A stretch of 64,000 bases of DNA from positions 44,516,001 to 44,580,000 of the forward strand of contig OZ076420.1 in the NCBI GenBank assembly GCA_964187785.1. The letters are read 5' to 3'. The position numbers and the translations under genes were made by a program. The stretch comes from Amphiscolops sp. MND2022 (lineage: Eukaryota). The notes under the pieces were generated by a model. That model was not told the DNA's origin. It made no database searches and saw nothing but the letters and a program-made list of their open reading frames with translations. Position 1 is the first letter of the stretch, and every line of letters starts with the position of its first letter. This document shows, in pieces, positions 11,693-24,800 of this stretch.

Positions 11693-13581
11693 CTGCAAAA
11701 ACATCTAGCCTTTCCAAATTAGATTCCGTCAAACCGATTGTCTATAAAGAATTCAACAATAAGAGTTAAACAAGAAAGACCGGACATTTCTCTTGAATTT
11801 TATCAATTAGCTTTGTTCATAATAAAGTTCAACGCTGATAATATATTAAGCTCTCTGGTATTATATTTATATTTCAACCAACATGATGTAGCAAAACTTT
11901 TATTAAAGTCAGCTAACTGTAAGTACAACTTGTCGGTTATTTCTGTTCATTTGAAACCGAGCAGGGAATCAGTTTTTGAGCTTAACGCTTCATATTTGAA
12001 CTAAACCAGTATCGGGAATTTTGCTCGACGTAAGAATTAATTCACGAGCGAAGTCGCGTCCGTGTAAAGTTCTCCTCGAAGCTTCTAACACGTACTAGCG
12101 AATGGAAACGAAAAAAAAACACTTTACATGGTCAAGAATTCATGTTTTGAGGGAAGTATTTGAACATGTTTAATATCAAGTTAATTTATACATTTTTACA
12201 GCAGCTAATAGGAGTTTACTTGATTCTATAATGTACTATAGCACCAATTTATCCAGTAACCACTTTGGAATTTCTCTTGACTATCCAAAATCCGTTAAAC
12301 TGCATGAACCGAAGTCAAGATGAAATGACTATTTTTGAACTAGTAGTATGAAATGTTCTTATGCGTATTCATAGAGCGCCGTTCCTAGTGAACGCTGACT
12401 CATTCATGCGTAGCAAAAGGAGAGATGGTTTGGAATAGTTGCAAAAATTCCGCAGTTGGAGAACAAACGTGCAAAAATTCCAGACAAGCTTCTGTTTGAG
12501 ATATGTTTGTGGAAAAGATATTGTGAATGTGCTTACGTGAACTAGCTTTTTAACAATCTCACCTGCAGTAGTTGAAGGCAAAATAGTGGTAGAAATGTTT
12601 TTTGTATCTGATTGAAAAAGTGCTATAATTTTCATACAACTTGAGCAATGCATGGAATATTAATGAAAATTTTAGAAAGTCAAGTAGTAGTAGGTAGTAG
12701 AAGACTTTAATTATAACGTCCAATAACTTTTTATTACTTCTAAAATAGATGCGAAAAAATAGACAAAAAATTGTCAGCAGTGATGGCAGCAGTAGCACCT
12801 AATAAATTGAAAGCACGGATCTTTCCCATATCAATCACAAAAGTAATTCCAAAAAATGATGTGGATGGATTTCTTAATGCTCTCATGATCATCATTGAAG
12901 TTGGCGTCAAATCGAACAAACATGAGACAAGAAAATATTCGCAAAAAAATCGTTGAAATGAAAAAAAAACACTCAGAAGTTGACGAGGATATCCCAGAGC
13001 GGCTGTGAACGGAGTATTTAATAAAAAAGAAAAATGTACAAAGAAAAGGAAATTTAACTGATGCCTCAAATATTTGCAGCAGTTCAAGAAAACTTGATAC
13101 ATATATGGAAGAAACCCCATTAATTTGGTAAATTTGGTTGCTTCGATTTCAAAAGGAAAGTTTCACTTAATCGGATTTTCAAACACTTTTGTTACAAATA
13201 GAAAAATGCCTAAAAGGAGCTACATATTACTAATTCATTCACTTTTTTGTATAATAATAAATATAAAAATGATATCAAACAAATGAATGCTCAGATAACA
13301 CATTAAATGTGAATTTTTTGTTTATATTTCTTGTTAATTCGAAAAAGCGTGAGCTGAAATTCGAATCAGGTTTGGTCTTCCAAGACGCCTGGATTGGATT
13401 TCAGAAACAGCTTATAAATGATTGAATAATCATTCAAATTGATTGACGTTTGAGTCCAATCTGCAATTTTTTCTACTTCGAAAAGAGGTGTCAATCAAGC
13501 TTCAATTGAGGCAAACGTCCATCAGGGGGAAAAATATGCCATTTGCCGGAGAATAATCCAGAGTTGAATCATTTCTGTAGG

Positions 13582-13880
13582 GGAGCAGGTGTGTAGTGGT
13601 CATAGCATCCGGCCTGTACTGGGGCTGTAGCAGTTTCGAATCTCTCTCAACTCACCATTGTTGGGCCTTGAACAAGTCCTTCATCTTTAGCTTAGGGGAA
13701 TGTTCAGTGACAAAAAATGGCGCATTTGGTGGAGAAATGTAAAAACAAAACAGCAACGGTGAGCAGTCAGACCTTTGTGACCTTGAGCAAGTCACTTTGA
13801 AACCACAGCTTCAAGTCCACCATTGCTTGACCATTCGGTACCATTGGGAGACCAAATACGGTACCATAACTTGCTATGGG
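13582..13880 (+). mobile_element. tRNA-derived SINE with CORE/MIR-like central motif
   Basis: A-box-like tgtgtagtgg, B-box-like gtttcgaatc, then ggccttgaacaagtcctt and tgtgaccttgagcaagtcactt (13776-13797). A second copy of the body lies at 47937-48097 (-). Confidence 0.65.
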
Positions 13881-13990
13881 GATATTGTATACGAAAAAGC
13901 GCCGAGTTAGAAAAGCAGAACTGCTTATTTGGGGAAGTGGAAGTGGGCAAATTCACATTTTTCTTCTCTTCTTCTTGATTCGGTTATCTA

Positions 13991-15095
13991 CCCAGGTTGA
14001 CCGATATGATCGGAAATGATGAACCATACGATGTCTTAGTATGGTCATGATGGAAAATGATTGTCATAGTATGATCATAGCATGGTCATATCATGAAAAG
14101 CATGCCGGTGACTATGATCATAGTATAATTGAACATGTTCGAAAATTTTCAAAAAGTCGATTATCAACTAACAGTTATTATTGGATATCGGCACGCATCC
14201 ATGAATCATTTTATCAATGTTCTCTTTTAAAACGTTGTTTCTGTTGTTTTATGGGTTACCGCAATGGCCCGGGTAGCATTAAGGACGCTTTTCATATCAT
14301 GGTCTTATCATTCTCATAATTCATCAATTCTAATATATCTAACTACAGATCTGAATGATTTTCATTGAAAGATCTCAATCGCATAGTTTCTGCAGTTTTT
14401 TAACATTTTGGGCGTTTTCTGGTTTTTGGGTGTATTTTCTTGAGTTTTTATTTCAAAAACTAGATTTTATGATCTTGTTATTTTGATAAATCATAGAATA
14501 TACTGTATCTAAATAGAGATCTGATTAGTTTTCATTAAAAGCTCCCAATCCAATTGTTTATGCAGTTTTTTTATTTTGGGTATTTTTATACTTTTTTAAG
14601 GTGTTATCCTTAATATTTCATAACAAAAACTGGATAATATGGACTTGCCTTTCTATATCTAGAAATATAATAAATTAGTCTTATTATTTTCATAATTCAT
14701 CGACTGTAGTGTATCTAAATACAGATCTGAATTGTTATCATTGATTTCAAATTGTTTTGATTTCAAATTTCTCCAATTTTGAGACCTGAAGGTGGCCACG
14801 CTCTCGTCAAGTGCGATACGGTGTACCCCACGAGCAGGAAACTTCCCTAAAAATACAACATAAGGAATTCGGCAAGCAATTTCTGTGAACAATGCGCACA
14901 AGTGACTGCCATGTCCGAGATTGTTACTACATTTGTTCTCTTGAAACATAATTTTCATACTATGTTCATACCATAAAACATGATGGTCATAGTATGATCA
15001 TACTGTGAAGCATGGTCGCTATGGTAAGATCTTGGCAAGATCATGATCATGAAATGACCATGATCATAGTATGATCATACTATGATCATAGTTTG
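13991..15095. mobile_element. Degenerate TIR-type element with ATGATCAT palindrome arrays at both ends; right terminus not found
   Basis: Starts cccaggttgacc (related to the family A terminus). (c/t)atgatcat(a/g) arrays at 14040-14130 and 14960-15095. Internal diverged 170-206-bp repeats (tatctaa-taca-gatctga at 14336, 14506, 14712). Confidence 0.5.
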
Positions 15096-15813
15096 GTGAG
15101 TATGTTCTGAAAACCTGACTCTTATAAGTGTTTATTATAAGACCAGAGACCTCACACTGAATGACGTTTTGAACTTTTTGAACAGACTTTCGTGCTAAGT
15201 TTTATCACTTCACGTACTTGTATGTTTCATTAGCAGAAGGTCTTTGGCTCGAATCCGTCACAGAACCAGGTTTTTGTTTTTCCATATTTTAACAACTGGT
15301 CTTTTATCACTCTGATGTTTTCAGTTAGGGCCCAGTTAATGTTTTATGAGCCAATAGGGTCTCCCTTTGAACTTTATTGGCACTGTGCGATTTACCAAAA
15401 TTTGTAAAACTTCTCGATGGCTAGAAAAAAGAGCAAAATAAAACGCAGCAAGTTCATACATAAATTAAGCAATTAATTTTACAATTCAAAGTATCAATTT
15501 TCATTAGCAAATTGGAAATCAGTGTATTTTTGAAAGACATTTATGACGACCATTCAATAAGAAGTCAAGAAGCACTAAAAGCAATATTGAATTGGATTTT
15601 TGATGCATCTAACAGAGAAATGAGATCGCTCAATCAATGGGCACAAAGTTGCAGGCAAAACGATAAAAAGCTAAAATGTCCACAAAATAACGTCATTCTC
15701 TCACGAAGTTTACCGGCAACTTGTTCACAGTTTCGTTCACACTTTCTCTTCAACCTGTCTTCTTTTTCTTCACGCTTGTTCAAATTGAAAGTGTTAAATT
15801 TGTTCAACAGTTT

Positions 15814-18800
15814 TTAATCTTCAACGTCTCTCGGCGAACACGTGAGTAAACTTCTCACTGCCATGACAATTGACCTGGAGCGGGATCGAGACTGAGACTG
15901 TTCAGAATACTTTTGACTGTTTTCAGATCCACCTTTTCCTTTTCGCTTTTTTTCTCGACCTCGGCCTCGTGGCAAAGTGTTGTCAATTGGCTCAGGTTCT
16001 GGTTCTATCATCACTCTTTGAGGGCTGACTTGTTGTGGTTCTTCTTTTTTCTGCTTGCTTAATGAAGGTTTCCGATCCAATAGTTTGAGCGAAGGTTTTC
16101 TGTCTAATAGTTTTATCGAGGGCTTTCGATCCAAAGGTTTGGAGCTTTCTGAATCAGTGGCTTTTGAAGGAACCGTTTCCATTTCTTCTATTTCGGCGTC
16201 ATCTGATTTGCCATTTACTACATCCAGATTATCGACTGGTTCGGGTTTGGGTGCTCTTTTAGGTTCAGGTGTAGTCATTTTGAAAACTGAAACTTTGGTG
16301 TTACGGGGCAAAGTTTTATTGGGTGAGTCTGAGATGTTAAATCGGTTCAGTTTGGGACTGGATTCGGCTTTTGTATCTTGGTCCAAATTGTGTATCCAGT
16401 TGTACTTCGGTGGGTTGAAGTAGGTCGAGGCATAGAACTCGGCTCTGTTTCTCTCTATTTGCATTCTTATACTCGAGTTGGATCTCCCGTACAAGTTAAC
16501 TGGTGATGTAGCTCGAGGTCTCGGAGGTTTCGAAGGTACTGTTTTTTCAGAAGCATTGACTTTGTCAGCAAGAATATTTCTCTGAGGGAAAATTTGCAAG
16601 TCTCGACAATAAGGTCTAGGACTCATGGCTCTGGCGAAGCTTTCAAGAACACTGTAGCTTGAAACTGATCGGACGTTAGGCCTGGCTGCTTGTTTAGTCA
16701 AGGTTCGCCCTCTGAGAGTAAAACCTTCGGTATCTGATTGCACGTAGCTAGAATCATGGGGCCTGATCCCCAAATTACTGACAGGTACGTCAGTGAAATA
16801 TGATTCCGAGTCGCTGAAAAATCCATTAGGCTGAGAACTTTTCAACATCTCATTCGACAAATCTGTTTTTGACTGGATGACACATTCGCCTTCGTCTGAT
16901 GAAACATCTCCATGGTCAGTTTTTGGTCTTTTCAGGGTCCCGTTTGCCATTGTCGAGATATCTTGAGTTGGAGTTTTCCTGTCAATTTCACTGTCGTCTT
17001 GATTTGGCGGAGACTCGTCATGATTATCATCAAGATGTAACTGATCATCAACGACAGTAGAAGTATCGGACTCAGCGTCAGTTTGCGGTCGGTTATCGTA
17101 AAACGAAGTAGCATCAGCACATATTGAAGCCACTCGAGTTTCATCTTCTGGTTTCCCTTCCTCTTCGCTAAGTGGAGACATAAGCTCTTCTGGACTACTG
17201 ACGTCTGAAAGGTCTGCGGCTAAACCGGAAGTTGAGATTTCAAGCGTGAATGAATCTGGAGATAACGTGCTTTCATCTTCAACTTTAGGAGCACTTTCAG
17301 TCTCCAGTTCTTTGGTTGGGGTACTTTCTTCATCTTGCTCCTTTTGGTTCTGATTTATGTCAATTTTCAAGGCAGTGTTCAAATCAGGAACCTTCTCAGG
17401 TTCAACTTCGTCCTCAATTTCAGCAATAATTTCTTGTTGTTCCTCTGGTTCTAAATCCTCGACATCGTCAGCTATTGAGTCATCGGTTGCTTTGGTATCC
17501 GTGGATGCAAACTCAGTCAAAAGTATTTCTTCGTTTGTTGTGGATTCCGTGATACTAGATGTCGCAATGTCGGCTGTACCTTGGGATTCTTCTTCTGGAT
17601 CTGGTGCTTCTGACACAACTCCTTGAACCTCCTCGTTAAGCTCAATTGGTGGCAAATCATCTTGTTTTTCCGACAAAACACTGTCTACAAATGCTGTTTT
17701 TTCTTTATCTTCCGACGCTGCTTTAATTTCAGCTTGTTTCACATCGGAAACTTCAACCGATGGTGCAATTACGCCCACGAGGTCAGAATCAGACTCACTG
17801 TCTGAAGCAGGAACTCTATTTTTACGCGAGTCACCAACTTTATCAAAATCTGACACTGTATCTTCCAAAGTACTGATTTCTTGTGGAATAGCATTGCTCT
17901 CTTCTGTGAAAGCTTCAAAATTGGACTCATTTTGTTGGCAAGTGAGATCATCATCACCAGACTCTGCTGCCTGTTCAGGTTCGATCTCTCGAGGTTCTTC
18001 TTCAACAACTTCTGGCTCAGCATCAACAGCAATTGTTTCAGCTTCAAGTCCTTCGTTCACAGCCTCAAAATCACCGTCTTCTTCAAATGCGTCTTTCTGA
18101 GGTTCTTCAGCCACAGTTTCTTCGGCTGGAGCTACTTCTTTACGTTCATCTGTCTGTTGTGGTGCACTTTCAGCCTCAAGTTGGTCGGCAGGAACTTCTA
18201 GCCCTTCTTCGTGAGCAGCTGCTTCACTGTCTTCTTCAGGTGCGTCTTGTTGAGGTTCTTCAGCCACAGTCTCTTCGGCTGGAGCAGCGTATTCAGGTTC
18301 ATCTGTCTGTGGTGGTGCACTTTCCGCTTCAGCTTCCTCCGTAGGAACTTCTGGCTCTTCTTCGGGAGCTGCTGTTTCACTGTCTTCTCGAGGGACTTCA
18401 GCCGCAGTCTCTTCTGCTGGAGTTGCGTCTTCAGGTTCATCTGTCTGTGGTGGCGCACTTTCTGCTTCAGCTTCCTCCGTAGGAACTTCTGGCTCTTCTT
18501 CGGGAGCTGCTGTTTCACTGTCTTCTTGAGGGACTTCAGCCGCAGTCTCTTCTGCTGGAGTTGCTTCTTCAGGTTCATCTGTCTGTGGTGGCGCACTTTC
18601 TGCTGCAGCATCGTCCGTAGGAACTTCTGGCTCTTCTTCGCGAGCTGCTGTTTCACTGTCTTCTTCAAGTCCGTCTTCTTGAGGTTCTTCAGCCACAGTA
18701 CCTTCGGCTGGAGCTGCTTCTTCTGGTTCTTCTGCCTGTGGTGGCGTTCTTTCTGCTTCAAATTCGTCGGTGGGAACTCCTTGCTCTTCTTCGGCAGCTG

Positions 18801-21800
18801 CTGTTTCACTGTCGTCTCGAGTGTCTTCAGCCACAGTTTCTTCGACTGGAGCTGCTTGTTCAGGTTCATCTGTTTGTGGTGGTGCACTTTCTGCTTCCGC
18901 TTCGTCCGTAGGAATTTCTGGCTCTTCTTCTGGAGCTGCTGTTTCACTTTTTTCTTTGGGTGCGTTTTCTTTAGGTTCTTCAGCCGCAGTCTCTTCTGCT
19001 GGAGTTGCTTCTTCAGGTTTATCTGTCCCTGGTGGTGCACTTTCTACTTCGGCTACGTCCGTAGAAACTTCTGGCTCTTCTTCGCGAGCTGCTGTTTCAC
19101 TGTCTTCTTCAAGTCCGTCTTCTTGAGGTTCTTCAGCCACAGTACCTTCGGCTGGAGCTGCCTCTTCTGGTTCTTCTGCCTGTGGTGGCGTTCTTTCTGC
19201 TTCAAATTCGTCGGTGGGAACTCCTTGCTCTTCTTCGGCAGCTGCTGTTTCACTGTCGTCTCGAGTGTCTTCAGCCACAGTCTCTTCGACTGGAGCTGCT
19301 TGTTCAGGTTCATCTGTTTGTGGTGGTGCACTTTCTGCTTCCGCTTCGTCCGTAGGATTTTCTGGCTCTTCTTCGGGAGCTGCTGTTTCACTGTTTTCTT
19401 CAGGTGCGTTTTCTTTAGGTTCTTCAGCCGCAGTCTCTTCTGCTGGAGTTGCTTCTTCAGGTTTATCTGTCTCTGGTGGTGCACTTTCTGCTTCCGCTTC
19501 GTCCGTAGGAATTTCTGGCTCTTCTTCGGGTGCAGCTGTTTCACTGTCATCTTCAGGTGCGTCTTCTTGAGGTTCTTCAAACACAGTTTCTTCGGCTGGA
19601 GCTACTTCTTCAGGTTCATCTGTCTGTAGTGGTGCACTTTCTGCTTCAGCTTCGTCCGTAGGAACTTCTCGTTCTTCTTTGGGAGCTGCTGTTTCACTGT
19701 CTTCTTCAGGTGCGTCTTCTTGAGGTTCTTCAGCCTCAGTATCTTCGACTGGAGTTGCTTCTTCAGGTTCATCTGTCTGTGGTGGCGCACTTTCTGCTTC
19801 AACTTCGTCCGTAGGAACTTCTGGCTCTTCTTCGGGAGCTGCTGTTTCACTCTCTTCTTCAAGTCCGTCTTCTTGAGGTTCTTCAGCCACAGTACCTTTG
19901 GCTGGAGCTGCTTCTTCAGGTTCTTCTGCCAGTGGTGGCGTTCTTTCTGCTTCAAATTCGTCCGTAGGAACTTCCGGCACTTCTTCGGGAACTGCTGTTT
20001 CACTGTCTTCTTCAAGTGCGTGTTCCTGGGGTTCTTCAGCCACAGTCTCTTCGGCTGGAGCTGATTCTTCAGGTTCTTCTGTCTGTGGTGGCGTACTTTC
20101 TGCTTCAAATTCGTCGGTAGGAACTTCTTGCTCTTCTTCGGCAGCTGCTGTTTCACTGTCTTCTCGAGTGACTTCAACCACAGTCTCTTCGACTGGAGCT
20201 GTTTGTTCAGGTTCATCTGTTTGTGGTGGTGCACTTTCTGCTTCCGCTTCGTCCGTAGGAATTTCTGGCTCTTCTTCGGGAGCTGCTGTTTCACTGTCTT
20301 CTTCAGGTGCGTTTTCTTTAGGTTCTTCAGCCGCAGACTCTTCTGCTGGAGTTGCTTCTTCAGGTTCATCTGTCTCTGGTGGTGCACTTTCTGCTTCCGC
20401 TTCGTCCGTAGGAATTTCTGGCTCTTCTTCGGGAGCTGCTGTTTCACTGTTTTCTTCAAGTGCGTTTTCTTGAGGCTCTTCAGCCACAGTCACTTCGACT
20501 GGAGCTGCTTCTTCAGGTTCATCTGTTTGTGGTGGTGCACTTTCTGCTTCAGCTTCGCCCGGAGGAACTATTGATTCTTCTTTGGAAGCTGCTGTTTCAC
20601 TGTCGTCTCGAGTGTCTTCAGCCACAGTCTCTTCGACTGGAGTTGCTTCTTCAGGTTCATCTGTCTGTGGTGGCGCACTTTCTGCTTCAACTTCGTCCGT
20701 AGAAACTTCTGGCTCTTCTTCGGGAGCTGCTGTTTCACTGTCTAATTCAGAGGCGTTTTCTTTAGGTTCTTCAGCCGCAGTCTCTTCTGCTGGAGTTGCT
20801 TCTTCAGGTTTATCTGTCTCTGGTGGTGCACTTTCTACTTCGGCTACGTCCGTAGAAACTTCTGGCTCTTCTTCGGGGGCAGCTGTTTCACTGTCATCTT
20901 CAGGTGCGTCTTCTTGAGGTTCTTCAAACACAGTTTCTTCGGCTGGAGCTACTTCTTCAGGTTCATCTGTCTGTAGTGGTGCACTTTCTGCTTCAGCTTC
21001 GTCCGTAGGAACTTCTGGTTCTTCTTTGGGAGCGGCTGTTTGACTGTCTTCTCGAGGGACTTCAGCCGCAGTCTCTTCTGCTGGAGTTGCGTCTTCAGGT
21101 TCATCTGTCTGTGGTGGCGCACTTTCTGCTTCAGCTTCCTCCGTAGGAACTTCTGGCTCTTCTTCGGGAGCTGCTGTTTCACTGTTTTCTTCAAGTGCGT
21201 TTTCTTGAGGTTCTTCAGCCACAGTCACTTCAACTGGAGCTGCTTCTTCAGGTTCATCTGTTTGTGGTGGTGCACTTTCTGCTTCAGCTTCGCCCGGAGG
21301 AACTATTGATTCTTCTTTGGAAGCTGCTGTTGCACTGTCTTCTTCAGGTGCGTCTTTTCGAGGTTCTTCAGCCATAGTCTCTTTGGCTGGAGCTGCTTCT
21401 TCAGGTTCATCTGTATGTGGTGGTTCACTTTCTGCTTCGGCTTCATCCGTAGACACTTCTGGCTCTACTTCGGGAGCTGCTGTTTCACTGTCTTGTTCAG
21501 GTGCGTCTTCTTGAGGTTCTTCAGCCACAGTCGCTTCGGCTGGCGCTGCTGCTTCAGGTTCATCTGTCTGTGGTGGCGCACTTTTGACTTCAACTTCGTC
21601 CGTAGAAACTTCTGGCTCTTCTTCGGGAGCTGCTGTTTCACTGTCTAATTCAGAGGCGTTTTCTTTAGGTTCTTCAGCCGCAGTCTCTTCTGCTGGAGTT
21701 GCTTCTTCAGGTATATCTGTCTCTGGTGGCGCACTTTCTGCTTCGGCTACGTCCGTAGAAACTTCTGGCTCTTTTTCGGGTGCAGCTGTTTCACTGTCAT

Positions 21801-24800
21801 CTTCAGGTGCGTCTTCTTGAGGTTCTTCAAACACAGGTTCTTCGGCTGAAGCTGCTACTCCAGGCTCATCTGCCTGTGGTGGCGTACTTTCTGCTTCAGC
21901 TTCGTCCGTAGGAACTTCTGGCTCTTCTTCGGGAGCTGCTGTTTCACTGTTTTCTTCAGGTGCGTCTTTTCGAGGTTCTTCAGCCATAGTCTCTTTGGCT
22001 GGAGCTGCTTCTTCAGGTTCATCTGTATGTGGTGGTTCACTTTCTGCTTCGGCTTCATCCGTAGGAGTTTTTGGCTCTACTTCGGGAGCTGCTGTTTCAC
22101 TGTCTTCTCGAGTGACTTTAGCCACAGTCTCTTCGACTGGAGCTGCTTGTTCAGGTTCATCTGTCTGTGGTGGCGCACTTTCTGTTACCACTTCGTCCTT
22201 AGAAACTTCTGGCTCTTCTTCGGGAGCTGCTGTTTCACTGTCTTCTTCAGGTGCGTCTTCTTGAGGTTCTTCAAACACAGGTTCTTTGGCTGAAGCTGCT
22301 ACTCCAGGCTCATCTGCCTGTGGTGGCGTACTTTCTGCTTCAGCTTCGTCCGTAGGAACTTCTGGCTCTTCTTCGGGAGCTGCTGTTCCACTGTCTTCTC
22401 GAGTGACTTTAGCCACAGTCTCTTCGACTGGAGCTGCTTGTTCAGGTTCATCTGTCTGTGGTGGCGCACTTTCTGTTACCACTTCGTCCTTAGAAACATC
22501 TGGCACTTCTTCGGGAGCTGCTGTTTCACCGTCTTCTTCAGGTGCGTCTTCTTGAGTTTCTTCAGCCACAGTCGCTTCGGCTGGAGCTGCTTCTTCAGGT
22601 TCATCTGTCTGTGGTGGCGCACTTTCTGCTTCAACTTCGTCCGTAGGAACTTCTGGTTCTTCTTCGGGAGCTGCTGTTCCACTGTCTTCTTCAAGTGCGT
22701 TTTTTTGAGGTTCTTCAGCCATGGTGTCTTCGGCTGGAGCTGCTTCTTCATTTTCATCTGTCTGTTGTGGTGCACTTTCTGCTTCGGCTTCGTCCGTAGG
22801 AACTTCTGGCTCTTCTTCGGGAGCTGCTGTTTCACTGTGTTTTTCAGGTGCGTCTTCTTGAGGTTCTTCAGCCATAGTCTTTTCGGCTGGATCTTCTTCT
22901 TCAGGCTCGTCTGTCTGTTGTGGTGCACTTTCTCCTTCAGCTTCGTCCGTAGGAACTTCTGGCTCTTTTTCGGGAGCTGCTGTTTCACTGTCTACTTCAG
23001 GTGCGTCTTCTGCAGGTTCCTCAGCCACAGTCACTTCGACTGGAGTTGCTTCCTCAGGTTCATCTGTCTGTTGTGGTGCACTTTCTCCTTCAGCTTCGTC
23101 CGTAGGAACTTCTGGATCTTCATCGGGAGCTGCTGTTCCACTGTCTTTTTCTGGTGCGTCTTCTTGAGGTTCTTCAGGCACAGTCTCTTCGACTGGAGTT
23201 GCTTCTTCAGGTTCATCTGTCTTTGGTGGTGCACCTTCTGCTTCAGGTTCGTCCGTAGGAACTTCTGGCTCTTCTTCGGGAGCTACTGTTTCACTGTCTT
23301 CTTCAGGTGCGTCTTCTTGAGGTTCTTCAGCCACAGTCTCTTCAGCTGGAGCTTCTTCTTCAGGATCATCTGTCTGTTGTGGTGCACTTTCTCCTTCAGC
23401 TTCGTCCGTAGGAACTTCTGGATCTTCATCGGGAGCTGCTGTTCCACTGTCTTCTTCTGGTGCGTCTTCTTGCGGTTCTTCAGGCACAGTCTTTTCAACT
23501 GGAGTTGCTTCTTCAGGTTCATCTGTCTTTGGTGGTGCACCTTCTGCTTCAGGTTCGTCCGTAGGAACCTCTGGCTCTTCTTCGGGAGCTGCTGTTTCAC
23601 TGTCTTCTTCGGGTGCGTCTTCTGCAGGTTCCTCAGCCACAGTCACTTCGACTGGAGTTGCTTCCTCAGGTTCATCTGTCTTTGGTGGTGCACCTTCTGC
23701 TTCAGGTTCGTCCGTAGGAGTTTCTGGCTCTTCTTCGAGAGCTGCTGTTTCACTGTCTTCTTCAGGTGAGTCTTTTTCAGGTTCTTCAGCCACAGTCTCT
23801 TTGACTGGAGTTGCTTCTTCAGGTTCATCTGTCTTTGGTGGTGCACCTTCTGCTTCAGGTTCGTCCGTAGGAACTTCTGGCTCTTCTTCGAGAGCTGCTG
23901 TTTCACTGTCTTCTTCAGGTGAGTCTTTTTCAGGTTCTTCAGCCACAGTCTCTTTGACTGGAGTTGCTTCTTCAGGTTCATCTGTCTGTGGTGGCGCACT
24001 TTCTCCTTCAGCTTCGTCCGTAGGAACTTCTGGCTCTTCTTCGGGAGCTGCTGTTTCACTGTCTTTTTCTTGTGCGTCTTCTTGAGGTTCTTCAGCCGCA
24101 GTCTCGTCGGCTGGAGCTACTTCTTCAGGTTCGTTTGTCTGTTGTGGTGCACATTCTGCTTCAGCTTCGTCCGTAGGAACTTCTGGCTCTTCATCGGGAA
24201 CTGCTGTTCCACTTTCTTCCTCAGGTGCGTCTTTTTGAGGTTCTTCAGCCACAGTCTTTTCAACTGGAGTTGCTTCTTCAGGTTCATCTGTCTCTGGTGG
24301 TGCACCTTCTGCTTCAGGTTCGTCCGTAGGAACTTCTGGCTCTTCTTCGGGAGCTGCTGTTTCACTGTCTTCTTCAGGTGCGTCTTCTTGAGGTTCTTCA
24401 GCCACAGTTTCTTCGGCTCGAGCTGCTTCTTCAGGTTCATCTGTCAGTGGTGGCGCACTTTCTGCTTCAACTTCGTCCGTAGGAACTTCTGGATCTTCTT
24501 CGGGAGCTGCGGTTTCACTGCTTTCTTCAGGCGCGTCTCCTTGAGATTCTCCAGCCACAGTCCCTTCGGCTGGAGCTGCTTCTTCAGGTTCATCAGTCTC
24601 TAGTGGTGCACTTTCTGCTTCAGCTTCGTCCGTAGGAACTTCTGGCTCTTCTTCATGAGCTGCTGTTCCACATTCTTCTTCAGGTGCGTCTTCTGGAGAT
24701 TCTTCAGCCACAGTCTCTTCAACTGGAGTGACTTCTTCAGGTTCATCTGTTCCTAGTGGTGCACTTTCTGCTTCAGCTTCGTCCGTACGAAATTCTGGCT

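Noticed and set aside
15814-15816. Reassigned genetic code (TAA as sense)
   Set aside because: The 6163-codon ORF contains no internal TAA/TAG, which would be expected if they were sense codons.
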